DNA from: Eledone cirrhosa
Taxonomy: Eukaryota
Reading direction: 5' to 3'
DNA length: 64,000 nucleotides
NCBI GenBank assembly: GCA_964016885.1
Contig: OZ024746.1
Span: 13,826,001 to 13,890,000 of the forward strand
Shown: in pieces, positions 1-14,140 of the stretch
Layout: each line of letters begins with the position of its first letter
Numbering within the stretch: the first letter of the stretch is position 1
Notes under the pieces: generated by a model
The model's database searches: none
The model's input: only the letters and a program-made list of their open reading frames with translations
Told to the model about the DNA's origin: nothing
Made by a program: the position numbers and the translations under genes

Positions 1-2509
1 ACTCAATCTGTTTAGACTTTAGAGTGCTAAGCTTTAATGCTGTTTGTTTAGCTCCAGGCTTATAATCAAAGACGTTCCACTTGTGATCATCTCGACGTTT
101 TGTATATTTAGGGATACATTGTTCGATGTGTTTTTCCTTTTGAAGAAATCTAGCGATCATATAGAAGCTACCTCGAGGCGTAAGGTCATGAATCTTTACA
201 GGAGAAAAGAAATAAGATATTATGGTGGTGATTTTGTTTTTTGCAAAGCATTCATAGCATTTGAGTTTCTGATTCGGTTTTACAACAAATATTTCCGTGG
301 CTCTTTCCTTCGTGATATAACTACATTGGAACACACATGATGTATTTCCTGTGAATTGATCATTTTTGAACAATTCACAATAACAAAAATCTCATTATAA
401 AACTAACTTGGGTTGGTAATTATGTATGAAAAATCGTCCAAATCCATTTATTAAAGACTAATGATTAATAATTTCTTTGTAGAGTCACTGGGATAGTTTT
501 ATAAACGCCAAAATGAATTTACAACGAGATTAATTTAACATTGTCTTTTTCCATTGTTATTGATGAATTCTAGAACTAAAAAGAAATATATGGTAGTTTT
601 TAATTAAATTCAGTAGAAATTCCATAATATCTGATATTATCAAAGAAAAGATGAAATTGTATTTTACTGATGCAGTTACAATGAAATAAAAAATAATAGA
701 AAACGAAGTTACATTGAATATATTGCAAGGTGTTGAACTAGTTTTATGGAAACGTTCACTACATTGGAGAATTATATAAACAGGTGCCGATTTAATATAA
801 TAATTAAAACGTGCTCGAGTATATTAAAACATAGCAAACCAGCATAGTGCAAGAGATTTAAATATTGATAGAAACACGAGGACAATGCTTTAAAGTACAC
901 CCATTTTTTGAAACATATTTTCAACGACCTCTTGTATTATATATGGAATCAGGAGGTAATTTTCTTTAATAAATATTTATTGAGAGTTTTTTTCATTTAT
1001 TTTCAATGTTATAAATATATTATTAGTTAGTTTTGCACATCTGACAGTGTTTTTGCCATCTCTGTCGGATTGATGTGGATTAAAAAATACTATTCTACAT
1101 CAATGCTGTACATGTGCTGGCTTTCCGTTATTGAAGAAAGCTAAGTAGATTATTTCAATGGTTCGGTTTACATCTTTCATCTCTGCCTTGCATCAACCCC
1201 AGACTCTTTCTATTCTATTATTTATAATGTAAAATGTGTCTATATCATATAGTTTGGAAGCAAAGGTTAATGTATATTATAAAGTACTATGCCTATATTG
1301 AAAAATAAAACAACTTATGACAGTAGAATCGTAGAAATGATAGGTAGTCTTTCAGTGTGTAATAATGTAGCTTTATATTCTGAGTTCCAATCCCAGTGGA
1401 GTTGACTTTGTCTTTAATCATTTCCATGTTAATAAAATAAGAAGCAACCTCATAATAATGTTCATCCAAACATTTCAATATTAAAACTTGTCATGAGATT
1501 TTCTTTCTTAGAAGTTTCAATATCTTAACAACTATGTGGAAACTGAGGTTAGTAGTTATCAACTGTATATGTAGTAACGGGTATTGTAAAAGACTACCTT
1601 GAGTAAGTTGTCTCATATAGAATCTACAATCTACAATATTTGTACATTTAGAATATGATCAGATCAAGTTTATTTAGTCTAAAATCTGTTGTATACACTT
1701 TGTAAACTACTCTTTGTAAATTACTCTTTTACCAGTTCCATACCGTGGACTGTGGCATAACCATCATATATTACATGCCTTGTCTAAACTATATATAGCA
1801 TCATTTCTTGCATGCATTGTATATGCAGTACTTTGTCTGGTGAATAACGCATTTACTATTTTTCTATATCTTAAAAGAGAAAAGACGAAAGTGACCTTGA
1901 CCTTTTACAAGGCCTTCATCACTGGTGGTCTCGAATGTGTTAGGTGGTGGTGTTAAACCGAGAGTTATATTATGTCTGCTACCTATTAACTGGTACAGTT
2001 CGTCCGACAGGTTTCCACTTACATAATTTGACATATGAAGCTTGGGTCAACCCAATCTAACTAAAATTCACAACTATGATGCAATATAATAAAAGGAGCT
2101 ACTATGTAAGAACTCGGCAAACACTTCTCTCAAAATATATGACATCCGCCGCTGAATTCTTCTGACAATTGTTGCAAAACTACGAAACAGTAAATCCCCC
2201 GGGATTGAACTGACTCTCATCTATTGATAGGAAGCTCACATATATTAAGAATATTGCATCAACATGTTAAAAACAAAACAATGTACGCTGACCTAGATGT
2301 ACCAGACTGCTTGACAATTGTACAGGCATCACTTGCGCATAAGAACAAAGAAATATTGCTTGCTTACATTTTATGTATAAGCTTCACGTAGTTGAGAAGG
2401 AAGAAAGAAAGAAAGGAGTTTAGAGTTGTGTTGAATAGCTCCTCATCAACGAAGCTACCCACAAAGAAACGAAACAGCTACACCGGTTTACTAATTGTAC
2501 GACTAGACT

Positions 2510-2581
2510 ATAAGAAAATGTTTGATTCTGTTCTTTGATCATTGATCATTGATACAAGAACAGAATCAAACATTTTCTTAT
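2510..2581. repeat. Short inverted repeat (26-bp arms)
   Basis: ATAAGAAAATGTTTGATTCTGTTCTT ... AAGAACAGAATCAAACATTTTCTTAT with a 20-nt spacer. Confidence 0.9.
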
Positions 2582-2595
2582 CATTGATACAAGAT

Positions 2596-2755
2596 GGCGG
2601 CGAATTGGCAGAGTCGTTAGAACGTCGGATAGAATGCTTTATGGTATTCGTTTCGTCTCTCTGCTATCTGAGTTCAAATCCCACCGAGGTAAACTTTGCC
2701 TATCATCCTTTCGAGGTCGATAAAAAAAGTACCAGTCTAGTACTGGGGTCAATTA
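2596..2755 (+). mobile_element. tRNA-derived SINE (Meta-domain type)
   Basis: GGCGGCGAATTGGCAGAGTCGTTAG A-box-like head, GAGTTCAAATCCC B-box, then GCCTATCATCCTTTCGAGGTCGATAAAA..GTACCAG; many homologous copies in the window. Confidence 0.85.
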
Positions 2756-2899
2756 TTCCTCTCTTTGGAAGAAATCTGCCGTACTCAGGCCAGGAGAGGG
2801 ATGGGTTCCGCCAGGCTTAGAATTCCCCCAAACGCCGTATGTCAATACGGCGCCCCTACAACTCTATCAGGAGTTACGGGACCACACCATACTAGAGTC

Positions 2900-3650
2900 A
2901 TCCCATTTCACCAAGATTCCATATGCTATGGTCTATGGAATCAAAGGCTGACTATAACATGGTCTAGAACGTTGTCATTAAAAATTGAAACAACAACTAC
3001 AGTCACAAACAGAATTAGGTTATTGACGGGTAATGCGGTTTGTATTAGCAACGAAACATTTATCAGCCTCTGTTGTGGAAATGTAAATATCAAGGCTACA
3101 TGTTAGGATCTGCAGACGAGAGAAAAATGACTGTCACTTTTTGTGTGGATGACCTTAGGCTATATTAAGGTAATATTCACCACGACACCGAGAGGCATTT
3201 AGAGTTGGTTATAATCTTTCACGGGAAATAGGAATGAAATTTGCTCAGAACTCGACAAGTATTTATATTTCGTAGTTAATCGAAAAAGATCGTTGACAAA
3301 ACAAGGAATATGGATATTAACGGCTTGTTTATCGCCCCTATTTCATATGCCGAATACTATAAATGTCTCAGAACCGTTTAGAATATTACAAAACGTTGGT
3401 GCTTTGTTTAAAGCTAAGTGACAAAAGAATACTTTAGAAGGACTTCGCAAGGCATGGAAGCCAAAACTGTTCACACCCAATAAGACCATAATCCCATAAT
3501 GTTTTTGTAATTCAAGTGTTAGTACCAACATTTGAGATACTAGACTAGACGCTTGAAAAGGTCTGTTACATGGACATTAACGCCAGAAAGATTCTAACTA
3601 CCAGTGGCAACATTAACAGTGATACAGGATATATCATAAATGAAGATACA
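2900..3650 (+). pseudogene. Highly decayed non-LTR RT fragment (R4/Dong-like)
   Basis: Colinear broken motifs: WSRTLSL..TNRIRLLTG, FCVDDLRLY (~3139-3165), REIGMKFAQN (~3222-3251, cf. DIGMEFGLDKC), MDINARKILTTSGN (3570-3611); stops and frameshifts between them. Confidence 0.55.
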
Positions 3651-4697
3651 TATTGTCAGTCCAAAGAACCTTCGAGTGATCCATCACAACACTTAGCATC
3701 TTAGACAGTAAATGGAGAAATGATACATCACACATATTCTCAACTGGGAAACTTTAAAATAGGTGAAATATTCCTGAACAGGTATTCTCAGTGTACAGCT
3801 GTTCTCTGTGTTCAGGGGTAGCTGGGCTAACCTACTTAAACAGAAACCTAGAGGAGCCATACTCACCCAATCAGCTGAAAATTATGCTTTGCTACATACC
3901 CCGCAAGCTAAAGAATACCACCAACATAGACAAGAAGATATTACTCTCTCCTGGTCATCACATACCACCTAGAAAGATAGGCATTCATTATTCAGGAATA
4001 AGAAATAGCTATTAAATGGTCAATTAGGGAGGTGAGGATGCCAAAGATTCCACATTACAATTTCTTGAAATGAATACAGACATACAATCACATATGAGCA
4101 TATGTCATACACACCTATCAATGCACTCACTTTAATTCAGTTATATACTCACTTAAGTTAGTAATCGACTTACATTCTGCGAAGAACCTAAATCAATCTC
4201 ACAGAAAACCATACATATTTAAGCAAGGTGCAGCAGTAAACTATGCTGAATTTATCTCATCTTTCATGGCATTAAATATTAATAGGCATCCACTCTTTAT
4301 TAGATTCTCACTAAGAAAAACATTTGTAGGTGAGGTGAACTGTCAATTGAATCGAGCCAAATATCTGAGACACATTCATTTTGTCGACTTTATCGAGATG
4401 ATAAAATGCAAAGTCAACCGAGTTTCAATTCAAAGTGTTGGAACGAACCACTAAATGGTATTCAGTTAATTTCACTAATGTTTCTGAAATACCATAACAA
4501 TAATATAATTATTATTGTTAAAACTGACTACATTTCATTAGCTTCACACCGAAGAAACGTTTATCAGATGGCATATCAGTAAAGTAATTTCTCCAAAACT
4601 TCTCAGTGATATCAGGAATTTGATGAAGGCTTCTCTGTTGTAAAATTTCTCACCATGACATCTAATAAAAGACCATCTGGCATAGTAATATTAATTA

Positions 4698-4835
<138 letters not shown>

Positions 4836-5011
4836 CGCTTATTAGTGACATCAGAAAGAATACGATCACGAAAAGAAGCGGCCGAAAGGGGATTCCTCGG
4901 AAGGGTTTCTGGAGTAACGTTACTCGATAGAGTGCATAGCTCAGAGATGAGGGAGTCTCTCCAGGTAGAGAGGCTAGGTAACGCGGCATTACGAGAGAAA
5001 GAAACACCGTC

Positions 5012-5047
5012 AGAGAGAGAGGGAGAGAGAGGGAGAGAGAGGGAGAG

Positions 5048-5094
<47 letters not shown>

Positions 5095-5204
5095 CGAAGA
5101 AAAGAAAAGAAAAAGGAGAATTAGCAGCATGAGTTTGGGAAGTGAGATGTTCTGGTTATATTATTTTATAAATTTTCACCGAGAGAGAGAGAGAGAGAGA
5201 GAGA
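5012..5204. repeat. (GA)n and purine-rich tracts
   Basis: Directly visible. Confidence 0.9.
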
Positions 5205-5225
5205 GGGGTGGGGGCGAGTAGGAAG

Positions 5226-5370
5226 TTTATAGAATCGACCAGAGTATGGTTACTTTATTCGTTCTGAAAGAATAAAAAGCAGAGTTAACCTCGATGTAAT
5301 TTAAAATTAGAATGTAAATATTGCAAGGCGTTGTATCCGATACTCAAACAACTTAATTCGCTGTCTGTCA
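5226..5370 (-). mobile_element. Degenerate SINE copy
   Basis: TACTTTATT..AAAAGCAGAGTTAACCTCGATGTAATTTAAAATTAGAA resembles the reverse complement of the SINE body. Confidence 0.55.
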
Positions 5371-5599
5371 TGAATAATTCGTATATACAGATATAATTAT
5401 TAAGGAACGGCGAATTCAGAGCAGAATCTTTGTTCCCACACATAAGCCGTGTATCCGCCATTTAATGTATAGTGTCCACTCTCGGTTGCAAATTCCTATT
5501 TACAACATGCGATTTTTTAGTGGGTGGCGACAGGGCTAAACGCAATTTAAACATATAGTTCATTATACTTAATTATATATATATATATATGTATATATA

Positions 5600-5699
5600 T
5601 AGGGTGTACCCTAAAAATGTATACACACTTTGATTACCTGTACAGGCAATATTTATTAGAATGCTGTTGAAGTGTGTATACATTTTTTGTGACACCCTG
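5600..5699. mobile_element. ~100-bp Tc1/mariner-type MITE in a (TA)n tract
   Basis: TIRs AGGGTGTACCCTAAAAATGTATACACACTT / AAGTGTGTATACATTTTTTGTGACACCCTG with TA flanks. Confidence 0.8.
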
Positions 5700-6780
5700 T
5701 ATATATATATATATACTCTCTGTGTATATATTGCACACACGTAGGCAGACCAAAGACCGTTATGACATAATATTTGTGAGAAGTTGGTTGTTAGTTGCCT
5801 GAGTGATTCAGTAACATCTTAACAGTTAATAATAGAAAAGAGCTAATCATTGTTCACTGACTTAGTACAAATGAAAAAGATCAATTACAGGGTTTAAATT
5901 ACTTACAGATATAGGTGTGTCACTACTTGAAACCCCTTCATGCGGCACGTTGGGTATTAAAGTAAAAAAAAAAAAAATGCTACAAACATAAAGCAGAATG
6001 TTCAAGAAGAAAGTGTAATTATGTTGAAATAACATCTATGAATAGGAATTTGAAACATTATCTTTTAGCAGTAACTGGCTTGATGTCCATTTTCTGAACG
6101 TAATTGTCTTCAAGGGAAATTTATTTACGTCTGAAAATTATCAAGCAAAACATTAAGTATACTAAAAACAAAAGCGATAATAAAATATATTTAAAAAAGA
6201 CGAAACATGAAATAAAGAAGAATTTGAGACTGCAGCCTAGGAGACGGTCTTCTAACTCATTAGACTATATTATAGAGTTGTGTATTTAACATATCAATAG
6301 AGTAAATTTTGTTAAGCAGTCAATATATAGTATTTCAAAAGAATCAGAAATAAGAACTAATAGAAAATTAGCAAATCTACGTAGTGAACTGAAGAAATAA
6401 TATTGTTTCTAAGTAGCTTGCATTCAAGGTGAATCCCTTTTCTCTATTAAGTCATTGAGTGCATCTCTGAAGAAAACGTCATTTAGTGAATCTGGAGCAA
6501 GACAAGCAAGTAAAAGCCATTCCATTTCAAACTGTATTCACGGCTTCCACTCTCATTAATTTCCCGATAATTTTGTTGTTTACATCAGGGTTTTATGGTA
6601 CACTGGACCATTGAAACATTCTTGGTTGTAGTTAGAGTGTAACACATGAAAACATTGTAGATAATTCACTTTTCTGTCGATTCAAGCAGCTCCGACGATT
6701 ATTTATATATGTTCGTAAACTTAAAAAAATTGTCCTGATATTCCAAATAATGCGTGTCTCTTATTGCTCCACGAAACTTC

Positions 6781-6825
<45 letters not shown>

Positions 6826-6826
6826 G

Positions 6827-6883
<57 letters not shown>
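6781..6883. repeat. (CTAT)n microsatellite
   Basis: Directly visible. Confidence 0.97.
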
Positions 6884-7163
6884 CCCCTCCCCATTTTCCC
6901 TACTTCTTCTCTCTCCCATCTCTCTGATCGGACCAAAGAGATTATATTTCCATTGGTTTCTCCTGATAATATCTGCCGGTCGTAACTTCTGGAAACCTCT
7001 TTCTCACTCTCTTTCCCCCACATCCTTTGGGGGAAAGTGGTTGGTGGTGCTTGAGAGAATATGGGGTATGGGGGAGGAGGTATGTAAACGTAGTCGGCGT
7101 GAAGCCAGGGTTTCAAATGTAACAAATCCACGTACATATTTTCTAAGAAACAATAAAAAGAAC

Positions 7164-7675
7164 AACGGAAAATTTGAAACGAAATTTCATTTCTCACTCT
7201 TAGTACGGCTGTTACTTAAATATAAGTATGTATACGTACATACATATATGTATACAGACGTACAGTAGTATGTATATATATATATACATACATGCACACA
7301 TATATATATATGTACGTATGGATTTACCGAACATTTATTATAATGCTCGGTGTGTTTGTAAACAAACATCCCGAATTAAGCCGTACAGTGTTTAGCAACC
7401 ATCGTTGCCCTTTTGTTCAACACTGACAAAGGAACGATGTACTAGTTTCAAGCTTATTAGCTATCGTCAGCACCGTATACCTTCCTGCCAGATGATTGAA
7501 CGTCTGAAAGTATATACTTTCCTTATGCATATTAACGGCTGAGCAGCCTAATTTGCATATCGAGTGAGTTAATCGGCCGGGCCCACCGAAAACGATAAAC
7601 GGAAAAAATGAAACGAAATTTCATTTTTCACTCTTAGTACGGCTGTTACTTAAATATAAGTATGTATACGTACAT
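7164..7675 (-). mobile_element. HHR-containing segment bounded by ~78-bp direct repeats (PLE pseudo-LTR-like remnant)
   Basis: AACGGAAAA..GAAACGAAATTTCATT(C/T)TCACTCTTAGTACGGCTGTTACTTAAATATAAGTATGTATACGTACATA at 7164-7242 and 7598-7675, with an HHR between them. Confidence 0.6.
7435..7475 (-). ncRNA. Minimal type-I hammerhead ribozyme, intact core
   Basis: Minus strand CGGUG-CUGACGA-U-AGCU-AAUA-AGCU-U-GAAA-CUAG-UA-CAUCG: stem I, core, stem II, palindromic stem III, UH site. Confidence 0.85.
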
Positions 7676-7747
7676 ATAAAAAGAAACAACATATCAGTGA
7701 CACACAATGTCAAATTTTTGGCTTACAGAACATCTACTGGATGTGTA

Positions 7748-7880
7748 GGCGGTGATATGGCAAAGTCGTTAGAATGTTGGATGGAATGCTCCACGGTATT
7801 CCTTTCGACTTTCTACGCTCTCTGAGATCAAATTCCACCGTGGCTTTTCGAGGTCAATAAAAACAGGTCTTGTTCAATAC
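7748..7880 (+). mobile_element. Degenerate tRNA-derived SINE
   Basis: GGCGGTGATATGGCAAAGTCGTTAG..CTGAGATCAAATTCCACCG..TTTCGAGGTCAATAAAA. Confidence 0.75.
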
Positions 7881-10800
7881 TTCCTTTATATTTCTTTCTC
7901 GCTTTCTCCCAATCTTCTTCTCTTGAAGAAATCGGCTCCATTCAGACCTGGAAAGGGGATGGGCTCCACCAGGTTTAAAGTGTCGCTACATGAATACTGG
8001 ATGTGTATTCCGCTTAATCCTAATTTCTCACGTTTTAAAATACAGTAGAGCCGTTTTATAACGTTCTACAGAGTTACGTGAAGAAACCGTCTTTTATTTA
8101 CATGGATATAATTTATTGTGTTTTTTTTTACGAATTATAGGGTTATCATTGTTACTTATTATATCGAATAAGATCGAAAAGTTTATCTGTGATGTTGAAT
8201 TACAACCATATAATAGTAGCACTAAACATGCGGATACAAATAAGTTCCTGTGATTTTATTAACTACAATTACTTGATCATTTATCTTTAGGTATACCTTG
8301 ATTTATTTACTCTATTCAACTTGGTCAGTATCGATTCGAAGTAGACCGCATGATAAAATTGTGTATGCCAATGGCTTTAGGCTACTGTTTATATTGAAAA
8401 CCATAGCTAATAAAATAACTGCATTATTTACAAGTCGTTTTGACAATTTTGGTACAGCTCTTATTAGTTCCATCTAGTTTTACTCATTTTATTCTTTTCT
8501 TCCAATAAGCACTAAACATTTATGTATAAAGAAAAGAATCTGCACGTTTCTTTAGTATTCTCTGGTTCTATTGATGTATGAAAGAAGATAAGAAGATGAT
8601 AAAAAATTTTAATTAGAATAGGAAATCTTTCATCTTATCTACGAAAGTTTCAAACTATGAAGCTATACCATAGAAAAATATCACTATCCTTTGAATTGTA
8701 AACAGTTACTGAAATATGCCAATTGAGTGTAATTGTGTGTTTAAAATGACTACACTGAATCTGTGTAGACGAGAAAAAATATTGATTTGGTGATAACATT
8801 ATTTGCAAATAGAATATTTCTTACGCCATTTTATAATTGGAGTGTTCAAAAGGATAATGTAATTGTCTCAGGTTTCGTTGGTCGTATGTTCGTATTCTAG
8901 TGCTGCTAAGATACTTAACTACTCATTTACCTAAAGTATATAAATAAATGAAGAGATGTCATATATGTTTTAATGATTGTGTTGCATAAAACAATAAAAA
9001 AAAGAAAAAAAAACCCAAACCAAACAAACAAACAACAACAACAAAAGAACACTTGCATGACAGAATACCTGGCAGGCTAAACCTATACTTCAGTTCTTCC
9101 GGATTAGATTAAATAAGTACCAGTCATATACTGGGGATGATTTAATCGATTATAACCTTCCATAAAATATGAGGTCCTGTATCTGTGAGAAAAAACAATT
9201 ATTTTTGTTTACATAGAAATAAGCAAATTAAATAGAGTTTGGTTTCTTTTTAAAAACACAAAATAAACTAATTATAATCATACTTAATAATTATATTATT
9301 TCAAGTTAATCATACACATATTTTAAATGCGTCATTTTTCGTGGTAAACAATTTATTTCATGATTTATTATAGAATATCATTATGATTAAACCATAAAAA
9401 TAATTTTGCTAATGCGATTTAAAATAGCATTTAATCCTAAAAACAAAAACACAAACAAAATATAAATAATTATAAGCAATCTTTAAACAGTTGTATTAAT
9501 TCAGGCGAATCATCTTTAGATGATAATAATATTCTTAATTTTCTTCTAATCTCTCTTTAATCCTTATTTTTCATTTTTAATTATAATTTTCTCATATTGG
9601 AATGATGGCATATGAAAAGAAAACAATATTTGTTTTTATTTTACTTAAATTCTCGAATCTCAAATTAAAATTGCAATTTGAATTGATGTATTTAATTATT
9701 TTTATGGTGCAATTACACTTTATTACACGCTTTAGTTATACAAAAATATGATTAAGGTGCTTATGGGAAATAGCATCCGAATAGCTTTAATCAACTGTTT
9801 TAGTAGAAAATCAACTTAAAGGTAATGATTACTAACTGAAAAATATGAGTGAAGGCAAAAGAATCGACAAGTTAGATAAGTAGAATCAACATTGATAACA
9901 AACTAGTTAATAATCTCTGAGTCTGAGGGAATATGTTAAAGCTATTTATACGACAAGAAACTATTATTTTAGTATTCATGTCTATCCAGATAATATTAAA
10001 TTAACGTAATAATGAAGACAAATCGAAATGAAGAACGAATCTGAATTGCAGGTAAAAATCAATATCACAATCATAAATATGTGGAATAAACTGACAAAAT
10101 GAGCGGAATGTCGTATTAAATATGTGACTGTATTTAGTTGGGTCTTTCAATGTTATAAGTTCACATCTCGCCTTCTCCTTCAGCTCTAAGACGACCATTT
10201 CTAGTAATACAATGAGCTAGAGTCTGGTGTCTCCAACGCATTCCTTAATAAAAATTGGTTTTGTGTCTTATTAAAAGAACAGACCAGTATATTATATTTG
10301 CTTTATATCAATGATCCTTTATAGAAATATTTTAAAACGCAAAAAAATGAGAGAAAGCAATTTTTTAATAGAAAAAATACAATGTTGAACCAAATATATA
10401 TTCTGAAGAGAAATCAAACATTTTCCATTAGTTTCAACAATAAAACCAAATATTGATTAAAAATGCAAGTTATATTTCGAGATTATAGAATTCTGGAGTA
10501 GATACTGTCTGAATATATTGAACTAAGGATTAAATTCATCTCTCATCTTACGGATCGAACATTTTCTTTATTAGAAAACGTGACTTACATCAATTCTGGT
10601 GTATTTCATGGCTCCACTAGTTCTACTACATATTTTCCTCTGTAAATTAATGGCTTCCTCCTTATTATGTTCTATCTATTACTACATAGATGTAGCCATT
10701 CTCCATTCCTCCATAACTAGCCATGCTCAGACGTCAATCACACACAAGGAACTTGTATCACCTACATTAAACTTGTATCACCTACACAGCCTTTTCAAAG

Positions 10801-12951
10801 ACATTACAATGTAGTCTGCTACGGCAAAGTCATTACACAATGCAAGGAAACAATGTACCGCTCCTGAATATGGACATCGTTCGGCTAAAAAACAAAAATT
10901 CGCTATAAATGTTAAGTTTATAATCTTTGATTATTTTATATAACATTCATGTATCTAAAACTGGATCGCACGACTCTGCTTTCTCTTAATAAATATTCTA
11001 GATCACATCTAATGAAGCCCATTCGTCCTAGTGGTAAATTTTCACTAAAAGCATGATACAATTAGCCTACATACGCGTTTGTTTCTTCTTTTACCTTTTT
11101 CCTTCTACTGCAGTTATAACGGCTTTTTATTGGTTGTCCCAGCAAACAATAAACACTTTCACACAAGTTCATTCGATGCACTCATTACTCTCTTTTCTCC
11201 TTTTCAAACAACACACCCGTTTTCCTTATAGAAGAACTACAACGATTTCACAAGTCATGACATTATAAAAATATCCGATTAAATAAAAAAAAGATCATTG
11301 GTCAATAAAATTGAATTTGAAAATACCAAGTGGAAAGATGAATATGATTATCATTCTAACTCATAATTAAACCATTGTTGTTCCGTATGATATGCTTTTA
11401 TTTTTATTTAAAATGTCCAAATTCTAAAAACCTAAAATATTGTTTGCAAATGAACAAAATTGCATAAGTAAGGTTGAATGTACAGATTGTAAACTCTCTT
11501 GCTAAAGTTTAGGTTTCATTTCATATAAATTTCTATATAGCAAGACTATACATATTTCCATATCAAAATGTATTTAATATTGCTGGAAGGTATTGCTCAC
11601 AAGACATATCAGATATTTGGAATGATCCATGCTTCATCGACAGTAAGACATTTAACTGATTGAGTTTCTTTTCAGATTTCTTTGCCAATAAAGATATGTA
11701 CGATTTTTATAACCACGAAAAAGTTAATCTAAATATTTCTTCAAGCAACATGTCATCATAAAGAAGCCAACAATGGCGACAGTTTTGAATGGACATTGAA
11801 CAGTATTCTGTGTCAACAAAGGACCTATAATCTTTTTAATATCGCCCGAGGATTTTCTAATTTCCAGGTTCTGTAAATATATTTCAGTAAAGTTTACGTA
11901 TCTGCTTTGTATGAACAAAAACCATGTAATATAAAGACGAGTGCCTCAAGGGTCACACGCCAATATCACATATAGGCGTGGCAGTATGAGGAACAGAAGT
12001 AAGAGTGTAAAGTAGAGCCTAAGCATTTTCTTTGAGAGAAACGAAGAAAATATATTCAAAAGAAACAACATAGGAGACCGTGACTCTCCGATTCTGGTGA
12101 AAACATAAGACCTTATGTAATATTTAATAGCTAAGTAAATAATATATGGTGGACTAACTGAACCAGAATTTATTGATGACGAAATTTATTTTGGTATGTA
12201 CTGTTTATGATGATATGTATTGTACAGTATAATTTCAAAGTTTTGTTGATTTATTTGCGATTAACTACTAGCGAGTGCATATTCACTTAGCGACCACAAC
12301 CATAGTAATACATTTCCAAAATATAGAATGGACTATTCTTTCATTAGACAATTAATTGAATGACTAAAGAAAAATACACAGGAACACACTCTACGGGAAA
12401 CCAAATAGTAAGGTCAATGCTAACATAGTATAGTGAACCAAGAACTTTTAATCAAAATTACATCTGTTGCGGAAGCGATAATCGTTAGCTTAATTCTGGT
12501 GAAGGAAGGAAGAGGAGACAATGCCGAAATTTTATTTAATTAAAATGAATTCAAAATTAAAAGTAGACTGTGAACAATATTTGTTTGGTAGTATTAGTAA
12601 AGACTGTAGTTTTCTGTGTAAATCTAATATTAAACTTACGATTTTTACTTGTTACAACAAGTATAGCTTCATCACCTCTTACATTAAACATGTAAGCACA
12701 ATTAATCATATAACTAAAACAAATGAAACCCTAGATTGTAAAACAATAAATATTTTAAACGAGGAATTAAAAACTTGATTAATAAAGTAAACTCAAAAGT
12801 TTAAGTTGTCAGTGCATTAATCTATTGTTGTTGTCAACAAATAAACTTTGTTTCTAACATTGAAATCAGTTATCTGTTTATTGGAGAATTTTTAAGATTA
12901 AAAAGTGAATTAAATATAAATTTAATGGAATGCAATGTCAGAATAATAGTT

Positions 12952-12975
12952 ACAACAACAACAACAACAACAACA

Positions 12976-13043
<68 letters not shown>
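12952..13043. repeat. (ACA)n(CTA)n compound microsatellite
   Basis: Directly visible. Confidence 0.97.
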
Positions 13044-13046
<3 letters not shown>

Positions 13047-13362
13047 CAACAGTAGCAGCGGAATTAATCATAATGGAATGGGAGATGACAAAGGAAAAAC
13101 GATAGAAAGAATTTAGAAGTGAGTTCTTGTATCTCGATGAATGGAAGTGTGAGAAAGAATTGTCACAAAGGTAGAAATATAATATCAAAGAAGAAGGATT
13201 TCCTACTGTAATAAAAGAGATCAAGTGAAGAGATTCTCATCAAAATAAGGATAATGTTTCAGTATACTGCAAAGTTACAGACAGGAAATAGATCCTTTAC
13301 AATAATAGCAAAGCCAAACCATTCTGGAGACAGAGATATATCTATATCTCCCTAATAATAGG

Positions 13363-13550
13363 TAATTGTTTCTACTTTTGGCACAAGCCCAGCAATTACC
13401 CAGTGCATTACTGGTACTTTATTTTATCGACCCCGTAAGGATGAAAGGCAAAGTTAACCTCGACGGGATTTGAACTAAAACCGTAAAGGGACGTAACTAT
13501 GCTGGAAAGCATGGCGTCCGACCCTCTACTGATACTGCCAATTCACCGCC
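13363..13550 (-). mobile_element. tRNA-derived SINE, full length
   Basis: Reverse complement of the 39164-39349 copy; near-identical to 60899-61066. Confidence 0.9.
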
Positions 13551-13964
13551 CTCAATACCGCCTTATAATAGATAATGCATGTCAGAATAAACCTTATAGG
13601 TACACTCAAACAGACAGAGATAATTACTGTTGTTGTTCAGCCTTGATGTTCCAACCTTTTGTATGACACGGCCTACATCGCGTTCTTCAGTAGGGTATGA
13701 TTTTGAGGGATATTTGGTTAATATGTCTAGCAGGACGAGCTACCGCGTAATGTTTCACACATTGGATCTAATGTAAAACAAGTGAAATGCATGCTAAACT
13801 GGAAAGCTCTTGGATTGGTCTGATGGTAGACTGAGGAACCGCTTGAATCCTTCTCTTCCAAGAATGAACAAACGACTAAGTCCCCAAACACTTGAATAAT
13901 CCAACACCAAATACATAATAAGTTAGTTGAGGTAAGTAATAATTGTATAATTGCCTTTAATATA

Positions 13965-14140
13965 GACACAAATCAAGAAATTTGTCGGAAAGGGTTAGTT
14001 AATTAAATCAACTCTTGTACTAGACTGGTGTTTTATTTCATCAACTATGGAAGAAGAAAAGCAAAGTCAAACTTGACATGAATAAAAAAGAGCCAGAACA
14101 AATAAATCATGGCTTTTTGTTCGACGCTGTAATGATTCTG
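13965..14140 (-). mobile_element. Degenerate SINE
   Basis: CTGGTGTTTTATTTCATCAAC..GCAAAGTCAAACTTGAC..AGAGCCAGAACAAATA resembles the 41050-41231 copy. Confidence 0.55.

Noticed and set aside
1-345. Possible exon (98-aa plus-strand ORF; LKCYEC on the minus strand)
   Set aside because: No convincing domain or splice structure, and the minus frame is interrupted by stops.
2596-2690. tRNA gene
   Set aside because: The A and B boxes belong to a SINE head; there is no cloverleaf and it continues into the SINE core.
9985-11920. Possible small host exons
   Set aside because: Isolated AG/GT signals only; no coherent reading frame can be assembled by eye.
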